A DNA stretch of 64,000 nt from the NCBI GenBank assembly GCA_002189035.1, contig NEEC01000012.1, forward strand, positions 2,790,001 through 2,854,000. Direction: 5' to 3'. Position numbers and translations under genes: made by a program. This document shows, one piece after another, positions 35,426 through 48,337 of this stretch. Source of the DNA: Utricularia gibba. Taxonomy: Eukaryota > Plantae > Magnoliophyta. The notes below the pieces were generated by a model. It worked only from the letters and a program-made list of their open reading frames with translations, had not been told where the DNA came from and searched no databases. How positions within the stretch are numbered: the stretch's first letter is position 1; each line of letters starts with the position of its first letter.

Positions 35426-37136
35426 ATGGGCACAAACGCGACCACCGTGCCGGAGGCATACGATTTCGTGTCAGCGGCGGTGCCGGAGTGGCTGAACAAA
35501 GGCGATAACGCATGGCAGATGATCTCCGCCACCCTCGTCGGCCTCCAGAGCGTTCCCGGACTAATAATCCTGTACGGAAGCATCGTCAAGAAGAAATGGG
35601 CTGTGAACTCCGCTTTCATGGCGCTGTACGCCTTCGCGGCAGTCGTCCTCTGCTGGGTTTTATGGGCATACAAGATGTCCTTCGGAGAAGAGCTTTTGCC
35701 CTTTTGGGGAAAAGCGGGCCCTGCCCTCGGTCAAGATTTTCTGATCTCTCAGGCGACTCTGTCGGCGACGGTTCATAGATATCATAACAGGACGGTGGAG
35801 ACGGTGATGGAGATGCCGTACTACCCCACCGCGACGATGGTGTGGTTTCAGTGCGTTTTCGCGGCGATCACGGTGGTGCTTTTGGCCGGATCGGTGCTGG
35901 GGAGGATGAATATTAGAGCCTGGATGGTTTTTGTGCCCCTTTGGTTGACTTTATCGTACACCGTCGGCGCGTTTAGTCTATGGGGCGGCGGGTTTCTTTT
36001 CCAGTGGGGAGTTATTGATTACTCCGGCGGGTATGTCATTCATCTGTCATCGGGGATCGCCGGCATCACCGCTGCGTATTGGGTTAGTCAAAATCTAATC
36101 AGTTGCCTTTGTTGACTTTTCTTGTTCACATAATTGAATTTTCCACAATTTAAAATATTATATTCAAATATTACGTTTTTAATCAATTGAAAAAAATTTA
36201 AATATCGTCAAAAAATTTAAAAAATGCTGTGTATTTTTCTTATTTTTTATTCATTAATTGTTATTGGAATTATATGATTTTTTTATTGTATATATTATAT
36301 AAAAAATAGAAAAAAAAATCTTACAGGTTGGGCCACGGTTGAAGGCTGACCGGGAAAGGTTTCCGCCGAACAATGTGCTCCTGATGCTCGCCGGAGCGGG
36401 GCTGCTGTGGATGGGGTGGGCGGGTTTCAACGGCGGCGATCCTTACAGTGCGAACATCGATTCCTCCATGGCGGTACTGAACACCAATATTTGCGCAGCT
36501 ACCAGTCTCCTCGTCTGGACATGTCTCGACGTCATAGTGTTCGGAAAGCCCTCCGTCATCGGCGCCGTACAGGGCATGATGACCGGCCTCGTCTGCATAA
36601 CTCCCGGCGCAGGACTGGTCCAAGGCTGGGCCGCCATAATAATGGGTGTCCTCTCCGGCAGCGTTCCATGGTTCACCATGATGGTGATCCACAAAAAATG
36701 GTCGCTCCTTCAGACAATCGACGACACCCTCGGCGTCTTCCATACACACGCGGTCGCCGGCTTCCTCGGCGGCCTCCTGACCGGCATTTTTGCGGAGCCA
36801 GTCCTCAGCAGCCTCTTCCTCCCGGTAACCAATTCACGCGGCGGGGTTTACGGCAGCGGGATGCAGGTACTGAAGCAGATTGTGGGAGCGGGATTCATCG
36901 CCGGGTGGAATATCGTCATCACTTCTCTGATATGCATAGCAATCAGAGTGGTGTTGCCTCTGAGAATGCCGGAGGAGGAGCTGCTCATCGGAGACGATGC
37001 TGCACATGGAGAGGAAGCGTATGCGCTGTGGGGTGACGGGGAGAAGTACGATTCCTCCAAGCACGGCGGCATGCTGTTGGAAGATCAGGTGACCAGGAGG
37101 GTGAGACCCTCCATCGGAGCTACACAAGTTGTATAA
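35426..37136 (+). CDS. Ammonium transporter, AMT2/AMT3 (MEP-like) subfamily, closest to AMT3;1-type proteins, 2 exons
   Basis: [41 protein letters not shown], intron 36083-36326 at AAYW|[40 protein letters not shown] and [21 protein letters not shown]. Confidence 0.95.
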
Positions 37137-37386
37137 TGAACTTGGAATTGAGCACAATATTCCGTTAATACTTTAAATTACATAAAAAACATTTAATTTC
37201 TTAAAAAATAACATCAAGTATTTATCGTAAATTTTAATTACATTAAATATTATTAGTATTTTAATTTAACATACATTTCATCATCATTAAATTTATAATA
37301 TATATTAGTATATTAGTATTTTTTTAATCGTGAATCAATTGTGATTGATTACAACATAATTATTATTTAAATTAAAAAAAAGATAA

Positions 37387-39150
37387 CTATCTCTTGAACA
37401 ACAGATTTAGTGTCCGCCGCCTGGGATGGGATCCGTTGTCTGAAATCCGGTGGTTCTCAAAGACTTCCTCCATCTCCTCCAACCGCCGGCCCTTCGTCTC
37501 CGGCAACAAAAAGAACACGAACAACCATGCCAGCACCGCCATTCCGGCGTACAAATAAAAGGCGCCACCGTAAGTAATCGCCCCCGCGAGGGATAAGAAC
37601 GACATCGAAACGGTGGCGTTCATCAGCCTATTCACCGCCACACTCAGGCTCGCTCCGGCGGCTCGGAGCCGCTGCGGGAATATTTCTGAGCTATAAACCC
37701 AACACACCGGGCAGAGGCCGACGTTGAAAAACATCTGAAAGGAGTAAACGAAGACCAGGCTGAGAACCATGGCCAATGGCAACGTGGCGGAACTATTCTG
37801 TATCACGGTCAAGCAGGAAGCGAGCCCGGTAAGCGATATGATCATTCCGCCGATGCTGACGAGGAGCAGAGTTCGCCGGCCGACTTTGTCCATCAGGAAT
37901 GTAGAGATTGTGATGAATGTGAGCTTCGTGAGCCCGATGCCGACGGTGGCCAGAAGGATCTTCCTTTTCGAGAGCAGGCCGGCGGCTCTGAAGATTCCGG
38001 GACCGTAGAGAATCATGGCTTCCACTCCCGTAGCGTGCTCGAAGAAATGAATGCCTAGTCCCGCAATCAGCATCCGCCGGACGGCGGGTTTTGGCCGGAA
38101 AATCAAGTCTCTCCATACACTGGGAGTAGGTTCTAATTGAGGTTTATCGGGTTTGTCGGCAGCCTTATCCTCCATCAACCTAATATAAGAGTTTTCACGG
38201 AATTTTTGAATTCAATAAATATAAAATTTTGTAAGAAAATTGTATGATAAAAAGTCAACACGTTGTCCTAAAAAGCAACAAAATACTATTTTCTAATTTA
38301 AATATAATTTCTTGTGGATATGAAATACCTATTGGGGCCCACACCGAGTGATATTGTCATGTCGTTGAAACGTTGCTCTGCCGCTTCTTTGTCATCGCAA
38401 ATTTTGTACAAAACTTCCTTGGCTTCTTGTAAACGTCCTGTCATGGCGAGCCACCGCGGGGACTCCGGCATCTTAAGAATTCCGGCGGCCAGGAAGACCG
38501 ACGGAATTGCTGCGATTCCAAGCATCAACCGCCACCCAAGCTTCAAGGTTAAGTTGGAGAACACATTGTTGGAAACGTATCCCAACAGTATCCCCACGCT
38601 GATGCCGATCTCCGGCAGAGAAGACAAGAATCCTCTGGTATGAGCCGCCGAAATCTCTGCCGCGTACACCGGAGCAACCATCAGAGCGAAACCGACTCCC
38701 ACGCCGGCGATACACCGCTCGCCGAGGAGAACGCCGTAGCTTGGACCATAGCCCATGAGAATGGAGCCCAACATGAAAATCAAAGAGGCTAAAACGATGG
38801 TATAACGCCGCCCCAAGTAGTCGCAAGCTCTGCCGGCGCAAAGAGACCCCACTAACGCGCAGAGGTTCAGGATTCCGGCGAGAACTTCCACGTTACCGTC
38901 CTTGATCCCGAACTCCTCCTTTATAAAAATCATGGCGCCACTCATAACTCCCGTATCTGCAAATCATCAAAATCAACCAACTCCCTTTTCGAAAAAGCAA
39001 TTCGGAGCTCCTGCTCTGCATCGACGACTAACCGTAGCCGAATATGATGGAGATCGCTGATGCCACCACCGCACACGCACAGGCGTAGAAATCGAGCTTC
39101 GGCCGCCCGTCTCCGTTGCCCTCCTCCTCCGCCGCCGCCGCCGCCGCCAT
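37387..39150 (-). CDS. Polyol/monosaccharide transporter (PLT/PMT, MFS sugar porter), 3 exons
   Basis: IIFGY|DTGVMSGAMIFIKEEF, DYLGRRYTI, APVYAAEIS..RGFL, MPESPRWL, LGIHFFEHATG, DKVGRRTLLL, SEIFPQRLRA and LPETKGRRLEEME. Exons 39150-39033, ~38957-38329 and 38179-37387. Confidence 0.93.
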
Positions 39151-40497
39151 ACTGCCCGCCTCCTTGCTTCCTTCCTCACTACAGAGTGTCACGGCCCGTA
39201 TCCGCCATGCCTCTTAAAAATATCAAACATCCTGGCGAATACGCTACAACGACATTCTGTTTCTATGCCAAGAAAAATGCGTGTGAACTTGCATCATAAA
39301 TCAATATCACCTAATTATAACAAAAGTTTTATAATATAAGAGACCTTTCTTTTCATAAATTGATTTTATTTAATTTTTATCGAATTTTTATTATAGTAAT
39401 TAAATTAGAAAACAATTAAAATGTATATATATTATTAAACTTATATACATTCTATAAATATATTTACATTTTATATTAAACCTTAGAATAATTGAATTTA
39501 GTAAATTTTGAAATATAATTTTGTATTATTCTATAAAACAGTTTTATAATCTTAAAATTGATTCTATATTATATAATTTAAAAAAGAGAACACCAAGGCC
39601 TTGTATAAAGTACATTGATGCACCTGCCGTACTTTTCTTTTTATAGGCATTTGCCTTGGTCACACCCTCATCTTATTATTTTAGTTTGAAATTTAGGTTA
39701 AATTTAAGGTGAAATTACACTTTTGACACATAGTCTCTAATTTGGTGGCATGTGTGGACTTATGGTGGTTGACCTGAAAAAATGACCTCATTCACATTAT
39801 CAAAATAATAATTGGACTCTAGTATGGTAGTTTGATTAATAAGGTATTGATATTAGTTATTTTTATATAAATACGCATAATATGATTAAAATTAAAAATT
39901 TATTTTATACGTGAATTTTACAAATATGTATTTAAAATGATACTAAAGTATGTTTTAGATGTTTTTTTGAATATATATGAAAAATAAATTAAAACTTATT
40001 TGATTAATAAAATAAATATATATTAACATCACATATCTAACAAAATGATAAACTAGTGTAGGATTTGTTAAATAATTAAATATATATTTATCTTAAATTC
40101 TAATTAATTGAAAATTAGGACTATTAATAATTATAATAGATATTTTTAAATATTGAATTAATTATTTGTCAAATTCCCAATTTCCTTTCTTGCGCATTTT
40201 CAATGTGTATTATTTAAACGTAGGCGCGTGGGGTGGAGATCGTGCGACTTTTGAGTTAGAGATCCCGTTGACTGGGGGCATCCCGATGGTGATCGGAATA
40301 AGAGCAGGCAGGTCCTTGCGGATCTCGACAACATCGTGCGAATCCTTCCAAGTGCTATGGATTTTGGCTTTACCGTCAAATGCGCTACTCTCGCCCACTC
40401 GATTTCGTCCAAAATATGCCGTCTGTCGTGTGATCTAAGGTGTGGCGTTTGATTCTGGAGATTTGGAATCGACCCCCTTTCGATTTTCATTGGAGAT

Positions 40498-42343
40498 ATG
40501 AAGAGCAGGAGCCGGGGGAGGGTGTCCGTCGGATGGGTTGCGATTCTCTGCATCTTCAGCTTCGTCCTCGGCCTGCGTTTCAGTGACAGGTGTGTGGAAT
40601 GAGAGAATCTGGGATGCGATGTCAATGTCTTTTTGAATGAATGGGAACTGTGTTGTTGTGACAGAATGTGGAGTTTGCAACCGCTGGAGCATATTCTTGT
40701 AACTCGGGACCATTTTGCAGCTACCAATGATGACTGTGGAACGGCTAATGTTAGTATTGGCATAGTTTGTTTGAGATAATGTGGCTTCTGAGTTTTCTGG
40801 TGTGGTACAGGAGAATGAACAAGTGCTTGCTGGAGTCAGGAAGACACAAGAAGCAGTAGAGTGTGTTTCTTGTGCTTGATCTTGGTTACCTGGATTTAGG
40901 GAATCAAGTGTATCTGATGAATGTCTTCGCCTTATTACAGGTCACTGGGCTCAACAGTTGCTGATCTCCAGCTTGCCCTTACATGGAGCAAGAACTCGAC
41001 GAATCCCTTACACGAGCCAAGGAAGAATGCCTTCATGGTGGTTGGTATAAACACAGCATTCAGTAGCAGAAAGAGGCGTGACTCCATCAGAGAAACATGG
41101 ATGCCTCAAGGTAGAGTACAGAGGCTTTTGTATTCCTCTGTTGTGGCTTTAACTCTCTCTGCTGTCATCTTTTAGGCGAAAGCTTGCTTCAACTTGAGCA
41201 TGAGAAGGGCATTGTGGTTCGCTTCATGATAGGACACAGGTTGCTGCATTCTTATCTCATTTACCTGTCTTTGAGCACCATTTACTGAACAAAAAGCCTG
41301 TCGAATAGTGCAACAAAAAACAGCATTTTGGACCATTCGATTAACTCCGAGGATGCCTATCATCATGACTTCCTGAGACTTGTAAGCATCAATGAACCAT
41401 TTTTTCTCCCTTTTCGTTCCCAGTGCATAACCAGTGAGTGTTGCTTCATGATCATCAGGAACATGTTGAAGGCTATCATGAACTGTCCGCTAAGACAAAA
41501 GCATTCTTCTCCACTGCCGTAGAAACATGGGATGCTGAGTTCTATGTCAAAGTGGACGATGATGTTCATGTGAACTTGGGTACATCCTCCCTCTTCCATC
41601 TTCCCTCTGATATTCTGAGAATCATATGTTCATGTCCAAATCAAATCCAGGGACTCTTGCTTCAACTCTCGCAAAACACCGCTCGAAGCCAGGGGTGTAC
41701 ATAGGATGCATGAAATCAGGGCCTGTTCTTTACCAAAAGTAACTCCACTCTTCACCTTAAACTCAGATTCTTCCCTCCTCTGCTCCCCTTTACACACCTC
41801 ATTCTTCCTACCAGCAATGTGAAATATCACGAACCAGAGTTTTGGAAGTTCGGAGACGAAGGAAACCGGTATTTCCGGCACGCAACCGGACAAATATATG
41901 CAATTTCCAGGGATCTTGCACAGTACATCTCCTCCAACGGGTGCGATTCAGGTTTCCTTTACAACCCAAAGCCTGGTAGTAATGACATGTGCTTCTCCTT
42001 GTGGTTTCAGGGACATTCTGCACAAGTATGCCAATGAGGATGTGTCCCTAGGCGCCTGGTTTATCGGGCTCGACGTCGAGCACATCGACGATCGCACCAT
42101 GTGCTGCGCTACTCCACCAGGTAGACAGACAGACAGACATCCCCTTTCTTCAACCTCCTTCCCCTGATTCATCCTCTTCTACATAAAAACGCAGAGTGCG
42201 AAGCTGAATCCAGGGGAGGGAAGTACTGTGCTGCTTCCTTCGACTGGCGGTGCAGCGGCATCTGCAACTCGGTTGCGAGAATGAAGGGCGTCCATGAAGC
42301 CTGCGGAGAAGATTCGTCAGCTATCTGGAACGCCGTCATCTAG
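40498..42343 (+). CDS. Beta-1,3-galactosyltransferase (GT31 with DUF4094), 11 exons
   Basis: TM anchor in exon 1, [81 protein letters not shown] and [10 protein letters not shown]. All exons join in frame. Confidence 0.93.
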
Positions 42344-42956
42344 AAGCTGATGCAAAACTTCAGTCTTGTTAGTCAGTCATTGTCGTGTTTGTAGGGATAG
42401 AATACGGACCACCGGTCGGCCGGAAAGCATTTCAAGCCCACCTCAGCCTCCTCCTCCTCCGCCTCCCGCATCAATCAAGATCAAATAACGCACTAGTAAC
42501 ATGAACCCAGAAACCAGATCATTCCGCTCTTAGCAGCCCACATTCAATTCAACCATATCGCTAATCCAATTTGCAGAGCTTCTCCCCTCAGTTACAACCT
42601 AAACAAAATTTTTTAGTATGTTCAAAAAAAATTTCAAACAATTTATTTTTTTATAAAAAAAGTAAATTTATCTCAGGGTGAGTCAGAAATTGGGTTGTGT
42701 TGTTCAAAATAAATCTTTAATTTTAACTAAATATTACTTCAATAATCTCATGTTTAACTAGTAATTACCAACTAATAGAACTTGTGATGCAAGATGAACT
42801 GGAAGTTGGGATACGGTGCTAACCTAGATACCACAAAAGGTGTTGATTGATTAAGACAGCAAAACATTGGTCATGTAAGTCGAAATCTACTAAGGAGTAC
42901 ATAACAACTCACCTTCCCAATCAACTAGTCTAAAAATCATAGTACCTCGATATATG

Positions 42957-42959
<3 letters not shown>

Positions 42960-42993
<34 letters not shown>
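42960..42993. repeat. (AAT)11 microsatellite
   Basis: Perfect AAT run read directly. Confidence 0.9.
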
Positions 42994-43320
42994 GGAGTAA
43001 CCAATGTTCTAATAAATATTTTAAAAAAATGTGATGATTATCATCAAAATTACTAGAAAAAGTATAATTATGAATAATGATAATTATGGACATGGGTAGC
43101 TAATATATTTTATATGATAATCAAATATAAATGAAAAAATAATTCATTAAATAAAAGTTTATTTGATTGAAAAAGAAGATATAAAGTTAATCTTGATAAA
43201 ATAAATAAAAATGACTGAAAAATTAGTTAGATCACAACAATGTGTTGTAGGGGTGTAGCATGGGGTGGTTGGTCACCTCACCCCCACCAAGAAAATCACT
43301 TCATGCCATAGTCATCCATC

Positions 43321-43750
43321 CTTCTAGAAGCTTTGACCAAGGGTGGCATTTTTTTTATTAAATTTATAATTGCGAACCCTAAAAAATAAATATTTTTTTT
43401 GAAAAAAAGTAATAAAAATATAGGGGATTAAATATTATAATGAAAAATAATCATTTTATTCTTATTAAACATTGAAAATTAATCGTGTTAATTTTAAAAA
43501 TAGTATAAATGTATGTAATAAAGAATAAATAAATTAATTGTGGGTTGAATATTAAGATAAGCATGGAGTTGTACCTTTCTATTAAGTACAAGGTACACCT
43601 ACCTACCTCGCCTTCCTTTTCCCGGGACGGCGAAAATTGAGAAGGCAGTCGCCTATCTTCTAGAAGGTTTATATTTTTTTGAGGTGGTGATCCACCTTCT
43701 AGAAGCTCGACAGGGGTAAGTGGGGGTGGGTAGCTGCATCCTTCTAGAAG
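43321..43750. promoter_or_regulatory. Four copies of the palindrome CTTCTAGAAG (heat-shock-element-like nTTCnnGAAn)
   Basis: Exact 10-mer at 43321, 43657, 43696 and 43741, 590-1015 bp upstream of the MYB ATG. Confidence 0.5.
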
Positions 43751-44133
43751 CATTTCCAAAATACCATGTGAAATCTCACTTTTGGAAGACTAATCCTCAT
43801 CCAGACAAGGAGTGTGTGTGACTTTTACTACTTCCCCATTTTCCGTTTCATTTCTTTAATATATATTCTTTTTTTTAAAAAATATATGTAATTTACGAAT
43901 TGAACTACTGTAAAGTTAGTTCATGTATTATACTTTGAACTTTTTGAAATCGAAAAAATATCAAATTTACGAATGAGATACATCAATATGTTTAATAATT
44001 TAAATGCACAAATAAAAAGTTTCGAATGTTATGTTCGGTATTAAACGATTGTTTAAAAAAATAAAAGTTTTAATGTTGAATAAGAAATTATCGAAAAAAC
44101 TATACCAAAAAAAAAGGGAAGAATTGCAGAGCT

Positions 44134-44147
44134 ACCAACCTACCAAC
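44134..44147 (+). promoter_or_regulatory. Overlapping AC elements (ACCAACC / ACCTACC) in the MYB promoter
   Basis: ACCAACCTACCAAC about 190 bp upstream of the ATG. TATTTAAA TATA-like box near 44243. Confidence 0.5.
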
Positions 44148-44335
44148 TTCCAGGAAACTCCCTGCGTGTGCTTTAATTGCAGTTCAGTCCTCCCCAACGG
44201 CTGGTTGAGGACTGGGAAGCCCCCGGGGGCCATGGGATCGTTTATTTAAACTCCAGGCTCCTGTTTTCGTGTACTTTTATTCCACGCACATTCTCTGGGT
44301 GTCGATCAGCTGCATTCCATCTGCTGTTTCTGGGC

Positions 44336-45178
44336 ATGGCGCGATCTCCTTGTTGTGAGAAGGCGCACACGAACAAGGGGGCTTGGACAAAGCGGGAAGA
44401 TGAGCTCCTCATTGAGTATATCAGCAAGCATGGAGAAGGGTCATGGAGGTCTCTCCCCAGAGCTGCTGGTATGGAGCAATGATGAAGCTCAGGTGGTTTG
44501 AGATGTTGATGAGTTTTGATGATGGATTTTGTGGGCACGCAGGTTTGATGAGATGTGGGAAGAGTTGCAGACTGAGATGGATAAATTACTTGCGGCCTGA
44601 TCTTAAGAGAGGGAACTTTACACAAGAGGAAGATGAAATCATCATCAATTTCCATAGCTTGCTTGGGAACAGGTGAAAAGACTTAACCAGATGCATAGAA
44701 CGTACCTTTTGGGGGTTCTCTGCATCTTTTTGTTTATTGAGTCGGAGAGATTCTTGTGGTAACTGATTCAGCTTCTCCTTTTCTGAGTTTCAGATGGTCG
44801 TTGATAGCTGCGCGGTTGCCGGGAAGAACTGATAATGAGATAAAGAACTACTGGAACACACATATCAAAAGGAAGCTCATTAGCGGTGGAATTGATCCGC
44901 AAACTCACAGGCCCCTCGGACAGCAAAAACCCACATCTCCAATATCGTTTTCGATGGGAACAGGAGACCGTGATCCAGCTCCCACATCGGGAAATAGTTC
45001 AAGTTCCAGGGTTAGGGTGACAGAGGAACACTCCAACGGAAGCAGCGTCGTGTCGGAGGAATCTCATCCTCATATTGACTTGGAACTCTCGATACGGCCG
45101 CCACAGATCGAAATGGGGCAGTTAGTCGACGGCCCAGTAGTTCCATTGTGTACCAGCGTAGGAATAAAAACGCTGTAA
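44336..45178 (+). CDS. R2R3-MYB repressor, subgroup 4 (MYB4/MYB308-like), 3 exons
   Basis: [18 protein letters not shown], canonical introns 44469-44542 and 44673-44793, [17 protein letters not shown]1 motif [12 protein letters not shown] and EAR-like PHIDLELSI. Confidence 0.93.
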
Positions 45179-46423
45179 CTCTGAGTTGGTGAAAGGCATG
45201 TAGGTTTAATCAGATCTCTGTTTCCGGGAACCGAAAAGAATGGTGAATATAACACATGAATGAATGAATTCCAGGGAATCTCAGCCGAGCAAACTAATCA
45301 ATAAAAAAAATACCAGCTTTTTTGTTCAAAGGGAAGTTCCTGCGCGGAGGTTCCTGAGGATTTGGCGACGGCCATTACTGCAAAAGCTTTTCAGCTAGTT
45401 TTGACGCATATCCCTTTAAGAGTTCATACAATCTTTTCCATGTTGGGAGCAATTCACCACCAGTTTTGTATCGGGAACGGCCAGAAGACACGGCATCGAT
45501 ATTGTTTCACATGAATTGGATTAACAAGTAGGTAAACATCTCTTATTTCCAGAATCACAAAAAAAAAAAGCTAGCATTTTCAAATACCGGATCCTGATCC
45601 TCCGGTCTTCCTGTAACTCCCATCTATACTATGGGAAGAGAACCCTTAGGAATCTGCTCTCTCAGTTCCTACATTCAGACGAGAAAAATCGACAATGTAA
45701 TGTGTATCTCACAAACCCAAACGCAGTAGCTTAAGTCTTAACCACAATTTTTGAATCTGATCTTGATTTCATCCATTAGGGCTGAAGGGCCAGCTTCAAT
45801 CGGGTTTCTTTTTTCAATGTTCAAGGAAAAAAAAACTGGAAAGAAACCGACTACCCACAAACACGAGACAGATAAAAGGAGAAGGAAAGAATACCAAGAC
45901 GCATCTCGAAATCAGCGGGAACGGAGTATTTCCAGAGACCCAAATTGGAAACCTCAAAAAAGATTCGGCAGGAAGCGAAGACAGCACTTGTTCACAAAAA
46001 TTTCACGCAATGGGCCCAGAAGTACTAAGAACACAAAGAGGAAGAAAGATCGAAGCTTTTAGGGTGAGAAAAAGACAAGGGAGGGAGGCGACGCAGGGCG
46101 AGGTTTTTTAAAAAAAATTCAAAAAATAGGTTAAATAAATAAATTTAACCAACAAAAACAAAAAATAAAATAAAATCAATTAAATAGTAAAAAAGACAAC
46201 AATCCATTATAAGTAATTCAAAGTTTTAACGAATTAAACCGTAATTAAATCATAATTGAATCGTTATTTATTTTTTAATTTTCAAATATTTAAATTTAAT
46301 TCAAATAAATTTAATCATAATTTATAATTATCTGCAACTTAGGAACAAAAAATATTGTCCTAAAATCATTCGAATGCTGCTAATAGTTATGTGATTAGTC
46401 CAGAAGAGGAGATGTTCGTGGTA

Positions 46424-47160
46424 TTAAAATTTGCTCTTCAGGTAATTGATCATGTTCTTGTCAACTTGAAACGCCTTGGCGAGGACGTCCGGGTTGATGG
46501 ACGGGTTCGACCCGAAAACCGCATTCGCCACCGTGATGACTCCCGGATTCTGGTTGCCGAGGCCGCTGAAGGCGACGGCGGGGGTGTTTCCCACGTTGAA
46601 CTGGAAGTGGATGAGCCCCTGAGGGAACACGAACACGTCTCCTGGAAACAGGTACTTGGCGAAGAGCTGGTTCTTCGTGTTGGGGGTGGAGGGGTTCGAC
46701 GTCAGGAATCCGGCGTACAGAGTCCCCTGCAGCACGAACAGAACTTCGGAGGCTCGGGGGTGAATGTGGGGGCTGTTCATTCCGTAGGGAGCCAGATCGA
46801 TGCGTGCGAAGGAGACGCCCAGGGTGTTGAGGCCCGGGATCTGGTTCACGTTCACCATCGTGACAGCAGATCCGTCGCGGTTGAAGGTGTTTCCGGGCCG
46901 GTTCAAACCTGAGAAGTAGAAATCCTCCGGCACCACCGTCGTGGGGTTCTTGCAAATCTTCCCATTCACCAACACTGCACAAACGAACAGGTTAGTTCCA
47001 CAGAATTTGGGTTCAAGTCTTCCAATAAAATGAAGTTGGGGTTACCAGGAGCTGAGGAATCGGGGAGGGCGACGCAGAAGTCCTGTTGAGGGGCGGGATC
47101 AGATGCGAAAACGGAGGCGGAGAGGGAGAGAAGGAAGACGGTGCAGATGGCGAGCGCCAT
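46424..47160 (-). CDS. Germin-like protein (copy 1), 2 exons
   Basis: Signal peptide, [10 protein letters not shown], intron 47045-46975, NGKICKNP, germin box 1 [13 protein letters not shown], box 2 [16 protein letters not shown] and [23 protein letters not shown] at 47224-47217. Confidence 0.94.
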
Positions 47161-48337
47161 GGATGCAGCTGCTTCTTTACCTGAAACACTTGGGCTGAGG
47201 AGCAAAATGATGCTCATATTTATAGCCCTTTCCTTCGAACACGATCTGGGGTAACTTCAAAGACTAACACAATGCATGTAATAATGGCGAGGAATTTTCA
47301 GGTGGAAGCTCATTACTTCTCCTCCCCAGCTTTAATTCCATAATTGACGCGTGTTGGTATTTCAACCCTAATACTTCACATTCGACTTTCTCATTACCTC
47401 AGACTCATGCTTCTGCAGTCAGCAACTTGGGAAATTTTGACGGCTCCAAGACCTGTCTCTGTGATTCATTGAACCTCGCATTTCAAGACACTTTGATCAG
47501 AACTTACTGCGTGGCTTGACTACTAATGGCTCTCGATCCCATCAAAAGGAGAGCAGGAACTCTCGAGGGTTTGTGTCATTATCAAAGAGTTTCATGATGC
47601 TTCATAGTCTGCTTTTAATCCCTGGTTGATTAGTGAAGTTGGCAATTAAAACGCCTGTGGAAGAAGCCTCCCAGTGGGAAAGAAACTCTTTTGCCTAACA
47701 GTTCGCAGTTCATAGACTAGAATATTGGGGACAGTTGCTGAATGGCCGCGGCAGGCCCGAAACCCAGCCATCTGGGGAGGCAGTAGGCACGGCACCTACA
47801 TGATTCATGGTGTATGATAAACAATGCATCAAAGTTGCTCATTAACAATGTATTGATTGATTGCCAAGACTGGAAAGATGAGCAGCAGAAACGCAGCATC
47901 ATTAGGAGTTAAGACTGCAGAGATGATGGATGATAAAATCAACATCACACCCTTCTGGCAACCTGCTTCTTTAACCACACTGTGCATTGACAGCAGCAAA
48001 TTCCTTACGTGGGAATGATAAAAAATGGATCTTTTGTTCCAAAGCATGGTGCCCCATTCTCGATGATGGTGTAGCTGAACGTGGGTTCCTGTTCTATTTC
48101 ACGATTGACTTGTGAAGGCCAGGTTTGCACTTCCCCAAGTCAACCGTCGCATTTTTTCCTCAAGGATCATTAACAGAGTCCTGTGATAGTCGCAGCTCCG
48201 AGGCCTGAAATTTCAATGAAGAAGACGATGGATCCCTTTTTAATACTTGCATTATTGATGCTAGAAAAATATTTTGGGCATGAGCCTATTTGGCTCTCCC
48301 TTAGGTTCATTATCAATGACCCAACACACGGTGATGA

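Noticed and set aside
35149-36130. P1BS-like GAATATTC upstream of AMT and MYCS-like TTTCTTGTTC in its intron
   Set aside because: Single short motifs in very AT-rich DNA are expected by chance, and the MYCS-like hit is imperfect and intronic.
40200-40763. 187-aa and 62-aa minus-strand ORFs at the galactosyltransferase 5' end
   Set aside because: They overlap the promoter and first exons of the real gene antisense and have no recognisable domain.
44980-44989. Perfect USE core TCCCACATCG
   Set aside because: It lies inside MYB exon 3, with no TATA or snRNA sequence at the expected distance.
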